The notes under the pieces are model-generated. The model worked only from the letters and a program-made list of their open reading frames with translations, did not search any database and was not told the DNA's origin. From Sarea resinae (lineage: Eukaryota): DNA of 64,000 nt. The stretch covers positions 806,001 to 870,000 of the forward strand of contig JAPEUD010000001.1 of assembly GCA_026026165.1 (NCBI GenBank), in the 5' to 3' direction. How positions within the stretch are numbered: position 1 is the first letter of the stretch; each line of letters begins with the position of its first letter. This document shows positions 1 through 12,879 of this stretch, piece after piece. Position numbers and translations under genes: made by a program.

Positions 1-1426
1 AAGGGTCAAGTCTACAATTGTTCTGTCGATGCAGAGCCTCTGCAACGCTATCGTCCGGGCGGCTATCATCCAATTCATATTGGTGACACATTGAAAGAGG
101 GGCGGTATAAGACATTCCAAAAGTTAGGCTTTGGCAGCTATTCAACGGTCTGGGCGGCAAGAGATCAAACGTGGGTTGCCCTCGTTGAAAAAAAAAAAAA
201 CCACTTCCTGACAAGAGAACAGCAGATCAGAACGCAATGTAGCCATCAAAGTATCCGTTTCGGAGAGTGGGCAGGACAGTCGCGAGCTTCGAATGCTACG
301 GATCCTTTCGGCGAGTTCGTCTCGGGCAGAGAACGGACAGCATGTCGTGACATTGCTCGCTGAGTTTATGCACGCGGGACCAAACGGTGTTCATGCCTGC
401 CTCGTACTCGAATTGCTTGGTCCGAATGTTTCGACATACATCGAAGAGCGATTTCCCGCTGGACGATTGCCAGGGGTCTGCGCGAAAGACATATCTAGAC
501 AGGCGCTTCATGGTCTAGCATTCATGCATCACTTACACATCGGCCATGGTGGTAAGCCGCACGGAATCTTTCCACACTCGCCCGCAGTATGGCTGAGGAT
601 CTTTGCTGAACGCGACACAGATCTACATATCGGGAACCTTGCTCTCACACTGCCAGATGTAGAGTCTCTTTCCGAGCAAGAGCTGATTAAAAGACTCGGG
701 GCTCCAAGCATTGGCTCTGTGACAGGCACAGAAGGAGAACCTCTTGGCCCCGAGGTTCCGCAATACCTAGTTTGGCCAGCTTCCATCTCCACTTCTCGAC
801 AGAAGCTCCATCACCCTATCAAGATCATTGATTTCGGGCAATCTTTCCACGCAGACGACAGGCCCTGCACGCTTCACACCCCGCCAGCACTACACCCGCC
901 CGAGCTGCTTCTTGGCAAGGACTGGGACTACCGAGTCGATCTATGGGCCGCTGGGTGCATGGTAACATCCCCTCCCCCGCTGCTATCATTTCCTTTCGAC
1001 CTTACAAACCCCTAGATCTTCGAACTAGTAGCCGGCCACCCCCCCTTTGACAACTTCTTCCGCGACAAAGAAGCTCTCCTGCGGCAAATCCTCGAGTCAG
1101 TCGGGAAGGCACCTGACAAGTGGGAGGCCGCCGCTACCAAAGGTATATCCAACCCACTCGCCAGCTATCCTGTCCCTGGACTCATACTCAAGGCAGGCTC
1201 TACAGAAAGTCCAGCGGACAACAAGAGCGCTATCGACATCGAGGACTGGCTCGAAGAGTTATATTTCAACAACAACGACGACGACGACGACTGCAAAAAG
1301 CAGGATCTTTCACCCCACGAGATCAGAAGCCTGAAGCGCCTGCTACGGAAGCTGCTCTGCTGCGACCCAGAGGCTCGATACATGGCAGATATTGCCGTCC
1401 GAGATGGCTGGTTCGAAGATCCTTAG
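1..1426 (+). CDS. SRPK-like (CMGC) Ser/Thr protein kinase, fungal SRPK-like type; 5' end probably outside window; ~4 introns
   Basis: Spliced translation: EPLQRYRPGGYHPIHIGDTL, Gly loop LGFGSYSTVW, VAIK, catalytic loop HG|DLHIGN across intron 552-620, IIDFG, HPPE, DYRVDLWAAGC. Introns ~171-226, 552-620, 962-1016, ~1143-1196. Stop TAG 1424-1426. Confidence 0.85.
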
Positions 1427-1429
1427 AAC

Positions 1430-1505
1430 CCTCACTCACTTAACCACCCACTCACCCACTCACTCAATTACCCACTCACTCAGTCACCCACTCACTCAGT
1501 CACTG
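1430..1505. repeat. Degenerate CACT/CCCACTCACT tandem repeat
   Basis: Repeated cccactcact(cagtca) units directly after the kinase stop. Confidence 0.7.
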
Positions 1506-2274
1506 CAAAGAAAGGGGCACTTCCGACATGGTATTTCCTAGAAATAGAAACATTCGAAGACCATGACACCATGTGAGGAGCAGCGCCGCCGCCGCCGCTG
1601 CTATATAGATAGTAGGCATCACAGATAGGCATAACCCGGACGATGCCGGGTTCTAGAAGTCTTTTTTCTTTTTTTTTTTTCTTCCGGGGCCGTGTAGGAA
1701 TCGGTGAGCCTATCATTATTGATTATTACTGGACCTTGTTATATACGACAATGGTGGATGATGATGAGTAATGATATAATAGTCATCATGATATACTGTA
1801 ATATAATATGCATAGCCTGTCCTAACCTACCACTCCAGTAACCTACTAAACTAAACTAACCTAACAGCAAAAACATACATCTAAACTAATCCGACTAACC
1901 TCCCTATACCCAACCCAACGTAACCTAACCTCACCCGACCCAAACCTGATCTAAAGTGATATCCAACCTAAGCCATAAGGGACAAACATGCACGAGAGGG
2001 AATATCGAAAAGGGCCTCGAAAAAGCTTCGGAGGAGCTGAGAGGAGGTAAGAGATGAAGAAGGGGAATCGGAGAAGAGGGAAATCCAGAGACGTTGATCG
2101 GTGGGTGGGTGGTGGATAGCTCGGACATCTTTAACCAACCAACCAACCAATAGCCTTCGATGGTATGTACCTCCCCCAGGCAACACACACACACAGACAG
2201 ACAGACAGACAGACAGAAAGGCAAGCCAGAGACACGGAGAGACAGCCAAGTCACAGAGAGCTGAAGAAAGAGTC

Positions 2275-5200
2275 TCAAGAGGCATCATTGACCAGATCCC
2301 GGAGCACGGGTCTCGAGCCCAGGATGCGCTCCGCTGACATGGTCGCGGCTTTCTTGACGGGGACGAGCACCGGCGGCACGAAGGGCTTGTTGTGTGTCCT
2401 GGCTGCTTTTGTTTTTGTTGTTGTCGTCGTCGTCGGATTCGTCGTTGTTGGTGCTGACTTGGGTGGTTTGGATGGTCTGGATGGGTTTGGTGGGGAAGAA
2501 GAACTAGAAGGAGAAGGAGAGAGTGATTTCCTCTTCTTCTCGTTCTTCTTCTTCTTCTCTTTCTCGGGCGATACCGCCACGCCCACCCCCGTCCCGGCAC
2601 TAACCTGCGTGCCCTCCCCGCCATCCTCCCACACATGTCCTCCCAGCGCCCCGGCCGGTAGATCATACACCCAGCCCCTCTTCTCCACCAAGCCCACAAA
2701 GCGCGCCAACAGCTCGTTACCGGCGAGCATGGTGCGGCGAGAGCCGAGAATCAGCAGTTTGGTGCGCGCGCGCGTCAGCGCCACGTTGACGCGGCGCCAG
2801 TCCTTCAGCAGGTCGCCGACGTTTCCGCCATCGTTGCTGCGCACGAGCGAGAGGATGACGACGTCCTTGTCGCGGCCTTGGAACCGGTCTGCCGTATGCA
2901 TTTCTACCCCGCCGCTTACTGCTCCAGCGGCTTGCGATGATGACGATGACGAGCGTAGGCTTTGTTTTAGCAGTGCGAGCTGCGATCGGTACAGCGTGAT
3001 CACGCCGATGGAGGTCGCGGGCACGCCCGTGCTGAGCAGCGCCGACACCAGTTGCGTCGCCAATGCTGCTTCGGCTTGGTTGACGATGCGCGCGCCTTTG
3101 GCGCTCTCGAGTGAGCCTGGGAGGAGCGCGTCCGTGTTCACGAAGGAGACGCGCGTGCTTGGGTCTAGGAGGTCGCGCAGCCAGCAGGCCGTGCGGGTCG
3201 GCCCGGGGCACACGGATGTGGGCGAGCTACTGTAGTTGTTTCTGCTGCCGGCCACAGTGGGAGTACTACCCAGGAGCGAAATATGGTGGTGATGATGCAG
3301 TTTGAGGTTTTCCATGTGCGGCACATGCAGCGAGCGGGTGGCGACGGCGTCATTGCCGCATTTGAGCCGGTGCGAGTAGATCAGCTCATTGGACAACGTC
3401 ATGATATCGTCGCACATGCGGTACTGATGCTCGAGATGTACGACGGCCTGCGGGTGCCGCTCTGACAGCAGCTTGAAGAGACTGATGTCCAGGCCGCCCT
3501 CGCGCGCCTCTTCGTTCTGCACCAGCGGTGGCAGCTGGAAGTGGTCGCCCACGAGGATGAACGTCTTCGCCATGCGGATCGGGCCTAGACATACCGGCAG
3601 CGTGATCTGCGACGCCTCGTCCACGATGCAGAAGTCGAAGATGCGCTGGTTGAAGATCGGATGGTTAACCCCCAAACACGTCGTCGCGACGACCTGAGGT
3701 GCGTGGTAGGTCTGCTCGAGTTCTTCAATGCTTTGCTTTGGCGCGCTGCCCAGGATGGCGAATTCTTCGATTTCCGGATGAATCTTGGCCACGGCACCGA
3801 GACGCAGGATACCGACGCCGAGGTCTCGGATCTTCAGCAGGATGTTGTCGACGGCCGTATGCGTGTAAGATGTCAGCAGCACGCTCTTGCCCTGAGAAAC
3901 GAGTGCGCGGATGATGTGAGCGATAGTTGTCGTCTTTCCAGTGCCAGGCATGCCGAGAACGAGAGCGTAATCCTTGGCGCTCATGACTTTTTCTATGGCG
4001 AGCTTCTGATCCGAATTGATGTTGTTCTGACTGGCCGAACTGTTCAAACTGTAGCCCGTGGACTGCGCTTTGAAGGTCGGAGCTGCGCCCTCGATGACAA
4101 GGCTTCGGATTTCTCGGGCTCGGTAGACATCTGCAGCCATGACCTGGATGAGATTATTCCTTACGGTGGCCATACCGTTGCTGAATTCGTCCTTGTCAAG
4201 CCGGTATACCTCCTGCTCTTGCATCTCTTCCTCGGTCACGGTGGATGGCGGCGTGCCGTCTTCGAAGACTTCCATTATGCCTGCAAAGACCTGGTTGGTC
4301 TCAGCACTGAATCCTGGTCTTTTCACCCGTGCATTATGCAATCGTCGATCGACGGCTACAGTGATCTGCCGTCTCCGAACATGAGTCACGTAGCCGTTGG
4401 CGAGAGCAAAATGGCCCTTTTCATCGGAAACGACGATGGGTTCTCCGACCGTAATCTGAGATTCCGTAAACGAGAACCCTGCAGCCGGGCTCTGTTTCAT
4501 AAACGTATACTGGAAGCGATTGATCTTTTGGTCTCCCTGACTAGTCTGAAAAGATTTTGGCTTGATGACGACGTTGGCGAAACATCTTCCTACTTTCTCT
4601 CTCTCGGAGCTCAGCATTGTCCAGAGCTCCCGTCTGAACCTCAACATGTCCTTCTCCTCCTTTGTGAGCAGGTCGTCCCACTTCCGAAAGAACTCTTGAT
4701 GAGCAGGTTTGAGATGTTGGACTACCTCGTCGAACTTCTCCTTCATGCCACTTGTTTCGCCGTCGCCATCATCGAGCATCTTGTGGTAGATGAAACAGGG
4801 CAGCTGAGCATAACATCTGCCACAAAGATGCGAGCTCTTCAGCATTGGCGGAAGCTGCAGCCGATCGCGAATGTAGCAGGCTAACTCGTTCCGCTGAATA
4901 ATCATATGCCTGATTTCGTGTCGTATGGCCGGAATGCGTGACGTGTCCGAGTCCTCCATATAAAAGAGAATGCCATATGTGATCTCGACATCGTATCGAT
5001 CCGACAGCAGAAGGGTGTAAAGCGCAGTCTGGGCTCGATGTTGAGCATTCGATATGCTTCTGCCGGTCTTGACCTCAAAAGGTACAGTGAGGGTCTTGAG
5101 CCCATCAAGATCATCCACCGAAATCTGAACGGTGGCGTCGATGTTGCCTTTGAGCCCGTATTTTGGTGACCATACATGCTCCTCTACATCAAGCAACTTG

Positions 5201-7831
5201 TTTATGCTCATCGCCACTTGCTGCCCGTTCCGGTCCTTTACAAGTGCGTTGGCCTGCTCTACTATCAGTGACATTATCCTTAGGAACACGATCTGGGGCA
5301 CCATCTCACGTTTGGTCTTGCACTAACGAAGAGCTTAGCCCAGCCCTGTAGCTCTGGCATTTTACTTCTCAGATGCTCTATAGCATCAGCAATGCTGAGT
5401 TTTATCTCGTACAAGCTCTCGAGATGTTTAGGGAGTATCCGCTCAATTGTCTGCTGTAGCCATGCAGAGTCCCATCTATTGGCTTTCATAGCTTCCTGAA
5501 AGATCTCATGTAAGACATGCCCATACAGCTGAGGCGCAGTGGCTTCACTCGTAGCCTTGACGCGGTCCTGGAGAACGGCGCGCCGAGTGCATCCGAACGA
5601 GTCTGCTACTACAGTTGCTGAGATGAGATGGTCCGGATGCAATATCAGCATGTTGTGAGCATCGTCGATAACGCAGTGTCCACGATTAAAGCCACCGATG
5701 ACATGAATGTACGACCCAATGGTACAGCGGGACTCATACCAAGACTCACGCAGCATGACTGTCTTGCTTAGTTTGGTCCTTTCATCGGAAACAAGGAGAA
5801 CCTGCCGAGGTGATTAGTTCTGATAGTCAATTGAGGACTCAAAAGTACCTTTTCCGGACGCAGTTGCCCCTTTCCCGTCTCAAAAGTCCCCTCGCATATG
5901 CTGGTAATAAGCAATGAGTGGATTATGGGAGATTGCCTATGATGCTTCAGCTTCTTAGTTAATTTCCAGCCGTTGAGCATGGATAATACCTACATAATCA
6001 TCCGATGGATCACAATTTTCCTCATATGGAGGCGTTACCCCTCCTTGGACAACAGTTTCGATTGCCTCAGCAGTGGTGAAATCCTCAAGGCCGATGTCGT
6101 CGTCAAATTCATCGTCTGAAGAGGGATTGGCTTTATGCTTCTCTTCACTGTGACCGAATGCTGCATGCTTTGGCTCTTTAGTGTTGACAGCGCTGCCCTC
6201 AGCTGATAGCATATCAGATGACCGGCAGGGTGGTGCAGTTGTCATGGCTTTCGCCGCATTTAGAGCATCATACTTAGAAGCAACATGCTCGAGATCAGCA
6301 GCAAAAAGCTCGTCGCCATCTACGTCAAATTCGTCGAAGTCATCCTGCATAAGATCCGTATCGACCTGGTGTTGAGGATTTCGGGCGCCTGCTGCCTTGG
6401 CAGTATCTGGAAAAGCTTCTGCTACTGTGACTGACGCGGCGGCAACTGTTGTGCCTGTGTGGTTTGCGGCTGCAGCGGGCGGTTCATTGTGCGAGCTTGC
6501 CTCCGCAGCCATCGCGGCCGATTCAAACATATCAATGTCTATGTCGTCTGCAAATTCAGAAGAGCCATCATCGGAGCCTCTCATGTGCGGATTCTCTTCG
6601 TCCTGACCCGCAAGTGCCTCTGCCATCTTCTCACTATCATTTGCTTGCCCACGGTTCTGAAGGGGTGAATCGGACAGTTCCTGGGGAGAATCGCTCTTAT
6701 CCGGTATAGGGGACGAACTGGATAGGTCCTTGGCAGCATCATCGGCCGAAGGTCGCTTCGTTAGGCTTTCCTGAATCTTATCCATGAGAGCATTTACTCG
6801 AGAGAGCTTCGAGCTTCCTGAACCTTGGTGATCCGACTTCGGATCAGTGAAGATGTCGTCGCCATGGATTGAGAAGTCTGGACCCTTGATTCTTCTCCGC
6901 TTTGCGGCCGAAGCTGGCCATTCTGTGCCACAGCTCATTGATCTCCTCAGTCCAACCGCGCTGCTCCCAGCGCCTGATTTCACTGACGCGTGAGGAGAAG
7001 GTTCAGTTAAGAGATGGGCAAACGAGGGCATCGGTGGTAGATTTGCACTCTCGTTGCTTCCCGTCTTGATGGTATACCTGCTCCAGAGCTCCTTTGCCGG
7101 GTCCGCTTGGGGCGTCTTCAGCATACTCTGCAGATTCTGCAGATTGAAAGATTCGTCTTGAGTAACAGAAGCATCGCCAATCTCTGGTTGAGAAGACGAC
7201 AAAGGCGACGAACTGCGCGCCCTCCTCTTCCTTCGGGCAATATAGCCCGGCGTCAACGAGCTGGTTTGACCCGAACTCCGCGGCGATCTCACATGCGCCC
7301 AGCAGACACGCTCGTCTGGTGTCGTCGTGTCTTTGAGCACAGCATGGGCGATAGTGTCTTCGGATCCTCCCAGGAGATCAGCGAGCGCGAGGCGACTGGC
7401 TGGCGTTTTGGGGCATTCCCGCGGGAGTTTTGGCTGGGAGTTTTGAGACGGCTTCAGGGCCTGATGCTGAGAGCCTTCTGACTCTTGCAATGCCGACTCG
7501 GTGGCGATGGCGACGTTCTCCTTGTCTGCCTCATTCGGTTGATGGGGTGTAGCGTCCATTGGCGGCGGCACCGCGCTGTCCGCAAATTTGAACGCTTCGA
7601 GTTTCGACTTTGTCCGAGCTGACGGTGCTATTGGCACGACTGCTGGAGGCCTACTGTGAATTGCATTGCCGTTCGGATTGTCTCCAGAGGGTCTGTTTCG
7701 ATACCAGCGTGGGCGATTCTACCGTGATCTCGTCAGCTGAATCGTCAGGAGAACGAAGGGAAAAGGCATTGAATAGATCATACAGCGGGGTTCGGGTCTT
7801 GGTCAAAGAATGACTTTTGTCGATGAGACAT
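2275..7831 (-). CDS. DNA2: DNA replication nuclease/helicase Dna2 (at least 5 exons)
   Basis: Fe-S cysteines (FGCTRR; CGRCYAQLPC), nuclease motif GNIDAT...FEVKTG, Walker A GMPGTGKT, DEASQ, FQGRDKD, RRVNVALTRA. ATG 7831 (MSHRQKSFF) splices via GTATGA...TAG into the 5955-7637 frame. Long disordered N-terminus. Confidence 0.95.
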
Positions 7832-7904
7832 AGGAGCAAGACTCGAGGGGGGGGAGGGGGAAAGGGTATCGGTAGTGCAGCAACAAAGCGTGTTGTGGGT
7901 GCTT

Positions 7905-7931
7905 GAGACGCGTCTCGGCCCGCGGACGCGA
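7905..7931. promoter_or_regulatory. MCB-like elements (ACGCGT within palindrome GAGACGCGTCTC, plus ACGCGA) upstream of DNA2
   Basis: ACGCGT at 7908-7913 and ACGCGA at 7926-7931, 75-100 bp upstream of the DNA2 ATG. MCB sites typify fungal G1/S genes. Confidence 0.6.
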
Positions 7932-7958
7932 CCGATCAAGTCTCGGTCAACACCACCG

Positions 7959-8001
7959 CACGTGATCTGGGGCCATCTCTCAACTCTTGAATACCACGTG
8001 A
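7959..8001. promoter_or_regulatory. Two CACGTGA E-boxes in the DNA2/carrier divergent promoter
   Basis: CACGTGA at 7959-7965 and 7995-8001. Confidence 0.45.
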
Positions 8002-8401
8002 GATATATATCCAGGCGCTGTCATCGCTGTAGGGGCCATGAAGCCAAGATCAGTGCACTGTTCCTGTTCATATCAATTGATCTTCGAGATGCGCAGCACA
8101 AAGCCGATGCTGACCCAGTGGAGGAAGCCGCTGCAGAGGAATGCTGAGCCTGAGCCGGCCTTATCCGACGAATCACGGTCCATGGGCCTCGGGCGATAAG
8201 TGCAGGAGACGACACAGCCGAGCCACGCAGCAATGGAGCAACACCAACACCAAGTCCGCACTGTAACCGTAACCGCAACCGCATTTCCATATTCCCTTCA
8301 CCCTCCACTCTTCACTCTCTCCTCTCCACTCTCCACTCTTGACCTGCCTCTTTCCCGTCTCCCCCCCTCCCCCCCTCGATAGACTACAGAACAGCGCAAC
8401 A

Positions 8402-9682
8402 ATGGCGACCGAGAAGCCATTGCCGTTCCAGTACCAGTTTGCCGCAGGTACGTGTGCACCGCCGACCTCGGGCTTGAGTCACAGCTAATGATGCTCTCCA
8501 TACAGGCGCGGTGGCTGGCGTGTCGGAAGTGAGTCGCCTCTCTCGCGCTCGTGGCGATCCTCTCTCATCCTCCTTCTGACTTGCTGGCTTCCCTAGATTC
8601 TAGTCATGTACGACTCCATGCGCCCTGCGCCCTGCACGCTTCCTAGGCCATGCAATTGACATCATAATCCAGGTACCCCCTCGACGTGGTCAAGACCAGA
8701 GTGTACGCCTCCTCCATCCACCCCCCGCTGAACATCCTCTGCGCAATGGCTTAATCTGTACATGCACACAGACAATTACAGACAGGCACAGGCCTGGGCG
8801 CCGAAGGCTACAACGGCATGTTCGACTGCTTCAGCAAGATCATCAAGAATGAAGGGTTAAACACCCCGCTTCGAATTGCTCAACTCCAACGAGGCTGACA
8901 TACCCAAGATTCTCCCGTCTCTATCGCGGCATCAGTGCCCCGATCCTGATGGAAGCTCCCAAAAGGTACAGCCTGCTCTTCTCCCCCAGCATTTCGTTCT
9001 ACCAAGCTAACCCCTCGTGCCCTGACGCAGAGCGACCAAGTTCGCCGCCAACGACGAATGGGGCAAGGTATACCGCAACCTCTTCGGCGCAGACAAGATG
9101 ACGCAGCCACTGTCTATCCTGACGGGTGCATCAGCCGGGGCGACGGAATCCTTCGTCGTGGTGCCGTTCGAGCTCGTCAAGATCCGGCTGCAAGACAAAG
9201 CCAGCGCAGGCAAATACAACGGCATGATCGACGTCGTGGTCAAGATCGTGCGAGCCGAGGGCGTGCTCGCCATGTACAACGGGCTGGAATCGACGCTGTG
9301 GCGCCACATCCTCTGGAACGCCGGCTACTTTGGCTGCATCTTCCAGATCCGCGAGCTGCTGCCGGCGGCCAAGGACAAGACGCAGCAGATGCGCAACGAC
9401 CTCGTGGCGGGCGCCACAGGCGGCACCATCGGCACGCTCATCAACACGCCCATGGACGTGGTCAAGAGCCGGATCCAGAACTCGCCCAAGGTCGCCGGCC
9501 TGGCGCCCAAGTACAACTGGGCCTGGCCGGCCGTCGGCACCGTCTTCAAGGAGGAGGGCTTCGCCGCCCTGTACAAGGGCTTCTTGCCCAAGGTGCTGCG
9601 ACTCGGCCCTGGCGGTGGCATCCTGCTGGTCGTGTTCACGGGCGTTATGGATTTCTTCCGATCGATGAAGGGGCTGGAGTAG
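8402..9682 (+). CDS. ODC1: Mitochondrial 2-oxodicarboxylate carrier (ODC1/ODC2 family), 7 exons
   Basis: Spliced N-terminus MATEKPLPFQYQFAAGAVAGVSEILVMYPLDVVKTR. Three carrier signatures (PLDVVK, PFELVK, PMDVVK) and PKVLRLGPGGG. Six short introns between 8448 and ~9030; stop TAG 9680-9682. Paralog number (1 vs 2) not resolvable. Confidence 0.92.
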
Positions 9683-9914
9683 GGGGTGCAGTTTTGGGCT
9701 TTCTTTGTTCTCTTTTTACCGCCCCCAAAATATATACATGGCCGATTGGGAGGCCTGTTATGTCACGCATAGAAGCTTCCATCCGTCCGTCCGTCCGTAC
9801 GCCCATCTATCTTTTATCTATCCATCTATCTACTGTGTCTCTGGAAACCTGCTACTTCCTGCTTTTCTAGACGGCCATCTATAGATGAAAGAACAGAAGG
9901 CCACTACAAAACAA

Positions 9915-9964
9915 AAGAAGAAGAAGAAGAAGAAGAAGAAGAAGAAGAAGAAGAAGAAGAAGAA
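9915..9964. repeat. (GAA)n microsatellite
   Basis: Perfect run of about 16 GAA units. Confidence 0.95.
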
Positions 9965-10953
9965 AACATTTCCCACCTTCTATCTTCCTATCTACCTATC
10001 TCCTACTTTCTACGTCCTACCTCACTCCTTCCTAAGCATTCTCTGATATCTACCTTAGCCTTGGTATGATGAACCTTTATCATACAATATAGAATATAGC
10101 GCCATTCAGTATCAATTCGAACTCTCAACCCATCTATAAACCCACCTCATCTATCTATGTATCTATCCTTTGAACCCGTCTTATAAACCCATCTATTATA
10201 AACTCATCTGTAAACCATCCAGCACAACCTATCAATCTACCTCCCTATCAACCTATGACAACTATACCTCTTCTCTCTCTCTCTCTTACTCTCTTACACA
10301 CACTCTCTCTTACTCTCTTACTCTCTCTCTCACTCTTATATATGCCCGGAAACCTTACACATGACATAGACATAGACATAGACATAGAAATAGCTAGAGG
10401 TAAGAATTTCTACCTTGGACTCTGAAGCCGGGCCGGGTCGGGCAGGGCTGGACTTGGCAGGGCGGGGCTGGACCGGGCTATCGAAAGGAAAGACGGGTAC
10501 GCGTATATGTATATATATATATATATACACGTACGATTACATCTGTTTACTTTACTTTACTTTACTTACTTATTTATCCACCCACCTAGGTACTCAGGTC
10601 GGGAGCCAACATCAAAGATAATGGATACCTACATCCATCCATCCATCCATCCATCCATACGTCTATACATTCGGTACAGAGGTAGGTATGTACGATATAT
10701 ACGATATATACGATCCATACATACAGACCTACCTGGTACGGTATAGAGGTAGGTATAGAGGTATCAAATTCACGTAGGCGTCGTACGTAAGTCGATGAGG
10801 CTGAACTGAACTGAAGTGAAGTGAACCTTGGGACTGAACGGACCGGGACGAGGCGGACCAAGATGGGATGGGGCTGGGAGAGTACCTATATACCTAGGTA
10901 AGGGTAAGGGTTCATTAAGAAAAGGTACATTACCCAGCTGGAGGGCAGCCCTG

Positions 10954-11059
10954 GGGCAAGGGCAAGGGCAAGGGCAAGGGCAAGATTCACGTAAGTGATG
11001 GAAGGTTGGAAGGATGGGGGCTGGAGGATGGGAGGATGACACACAAAGGATGCAAAGGA

Positions 11060-11090
<31 letters not shown>
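10954..11090. repeat. (GGGCAA)n and (GAT)n microsatellites
   Basis: About 5 GGGCAA units at 10954-10983 and about 10 GAT units at 11062-11090. Confidence 0.9.
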
Positions 11091-11091
<1 letters not shown>

Positions 11092-11303
11092 CATGAAGCT
11101 GCTGGACGGGCAGCTGCCCTAGGTGACTACTATCCGTAGGGTCCGATATTACAAATGAGGCTCTTCCTGCACCTGCTGCTGCTGCTGCTCCACCAACACA
11201 GGTTCTCGCGACGCCGATGAATAAGGCTGGTAACGTAGACATCCATGGATGTGAGGCAAACAAATACACAGCCATGTACATCCAATGCATCGCCCCGAAG
11301 TGT

Positions 11304-11354
11304 ACGCAACGCGACGCAACGCAACGCAACGCAACGCAACGCAACGCAACGCAA
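11304..11354. repeat. (GCAAC)n pentanucleotide repeat
   Basis: About 10 near-perfect units just downstream of the SFT2 stop. Confidence 0.95.
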
Positions 11355-11426
11355 TGCGATACAACGCATATCATATCATACACAATCCACGCACTCAACA
11401 CCATCGCATCAAGAGGCTCCGGAAAA

Positions 11427-12879
11427 TCAGTCCGTCATCCAGGCTGCGACTCTGTTGGTACCGAAGCGGGCCGCAAACCTCAGGCCCGTGCTTCCCATCG
11501 GAAAGTACGAGACGAGATACCACAGCAGACAGACCATCTGGAAGATGGCCGAGATGAGCGTGAGGATGGTACTATGGAGCTGGATGGTGGTTGGAGTTAG
11601 CTACATTTGCAGAAGAAAGGTCACGCGGACACTGTCTGGCCGGGTCATTCATCGTAGTCGGTTCAAGCAATGATTCAACGCGTCTAGCGTGGGGGTGGAG
11701 GCAAAACAGAACGAAGGCGAAGAGAGGGAAGAAAGGAAATGCCGGAACGCTAGAGCATAGTGTGTCGAAGGGAAGGAGAGCCAGAGGGGAACATGGGAAT
11801 GTGGTGGTGGGGAAATATCATCATCATCGTCGTCATGGAGAAGTAGGTCGTAAGGAAGGTGGTTCGAAGATAAAAGACAGATACGAACCCCGAGCGAGAA
11901 ATATAGCGTCAGTCCGATGGATCCGAAGTATGCAGCGGTGAACGGCAGTCGTGCGCCGGAGATAAGATGCTGGCCGTATTGCAAGGGGCCCATCAAGACC
12001 GCCCAAGACCCCAAGAATAGCACGGATCCAATAGTCCACCTATGAGATGAGACTGTGTCAGCCTCTGCCGTTTTGCTCTGGTCGGGTGGCTATGTAGTAT
12101 CAAGTCTGAGTCGAGCAAGATGAAACTTGGGAGGGACCCCCCCGGACCCCAGCATTCCTCAGCGGTCGCCTCTTTTTAGGGTGTTCATGTCTTAGATGGG
12201 GAATGTGGCGCGCACCGTGAGCCTGCCCAATATGACTCTGGACTGCGCTCCGCTGATTCCTGATCGGGTCGAGGAGGGATAGGGTAGGGGAAGTAAGACG
12301 TACAGAATGGCAAACTTTCGAGGCTTGGCCCAGAGGATGGGCCACAGAGCAAAGCACAGAACAAAGCAGGCGAGGGCGCCGATGTTGAAGGCGCTGAAAA
12401 CGAGAAGGCGATCCCATCGGCTCACTAAGAGAAGTGGATCACATATCCACCAACGTCAGCCCGCTTTTTTCTTTTCTGAATGCACGTCTCGGCAGCGCCC
12501 GGGACGATGCAGTAAAGCAGAGAGTCTAATGCGGGGAAGAGAAAGATTGAACGCAGGAACTGCTATTCCGTCACAGTGATACAGAGATCTGCTGCAAAGC
12601 AGCACGGACCGGCCAGTGCGACCGTCTGCAACACCACGCGCACGAGAGACACTTACGGGCGAAGAAACCCTCCTCCTCCTCCCTCCTGTTGGGCGCGGGC
12701 AACGGTGCGCCGGGATTGTCTTGCGTCGGAAGCCTGACATAGCCTCCGCTGCCGAACGGGTTTAGCGACTGGAGTCTGCTGAGGATGGGTGTCGACGACG
12801 ACGTATTGACGGGAATATCCGGATCCCTCTGCGACCACCCCAAGGAATTCATCGAATCTCGAAAGGACGCCGAGGCCAT
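11427..12879 (-). CDS. SFT2: Golgi/vesicle transport tetraspan protein Sft2 (Got1/Sft2 family), 4 exons
   Basis: MASASFRDSMNSLGWS...EEEGFFA|LSRWDRLLVF...KPRKFAIL|WTIGSVLFLGSWAVLMGP...RLPFTAAYFGSIGLTLYFSLG|LHSTILTL...YLVSYFPMG...WMTD*. Three GT-AG introns; stop at 11427-11429. Confidence 0.92.

Noticed and set aside
2165..4884. Long + strand ORFs 2165-3235 and 3661-4884
   Set aside because: Antisense shadows of the GC-rich DNA2 coding sequence.
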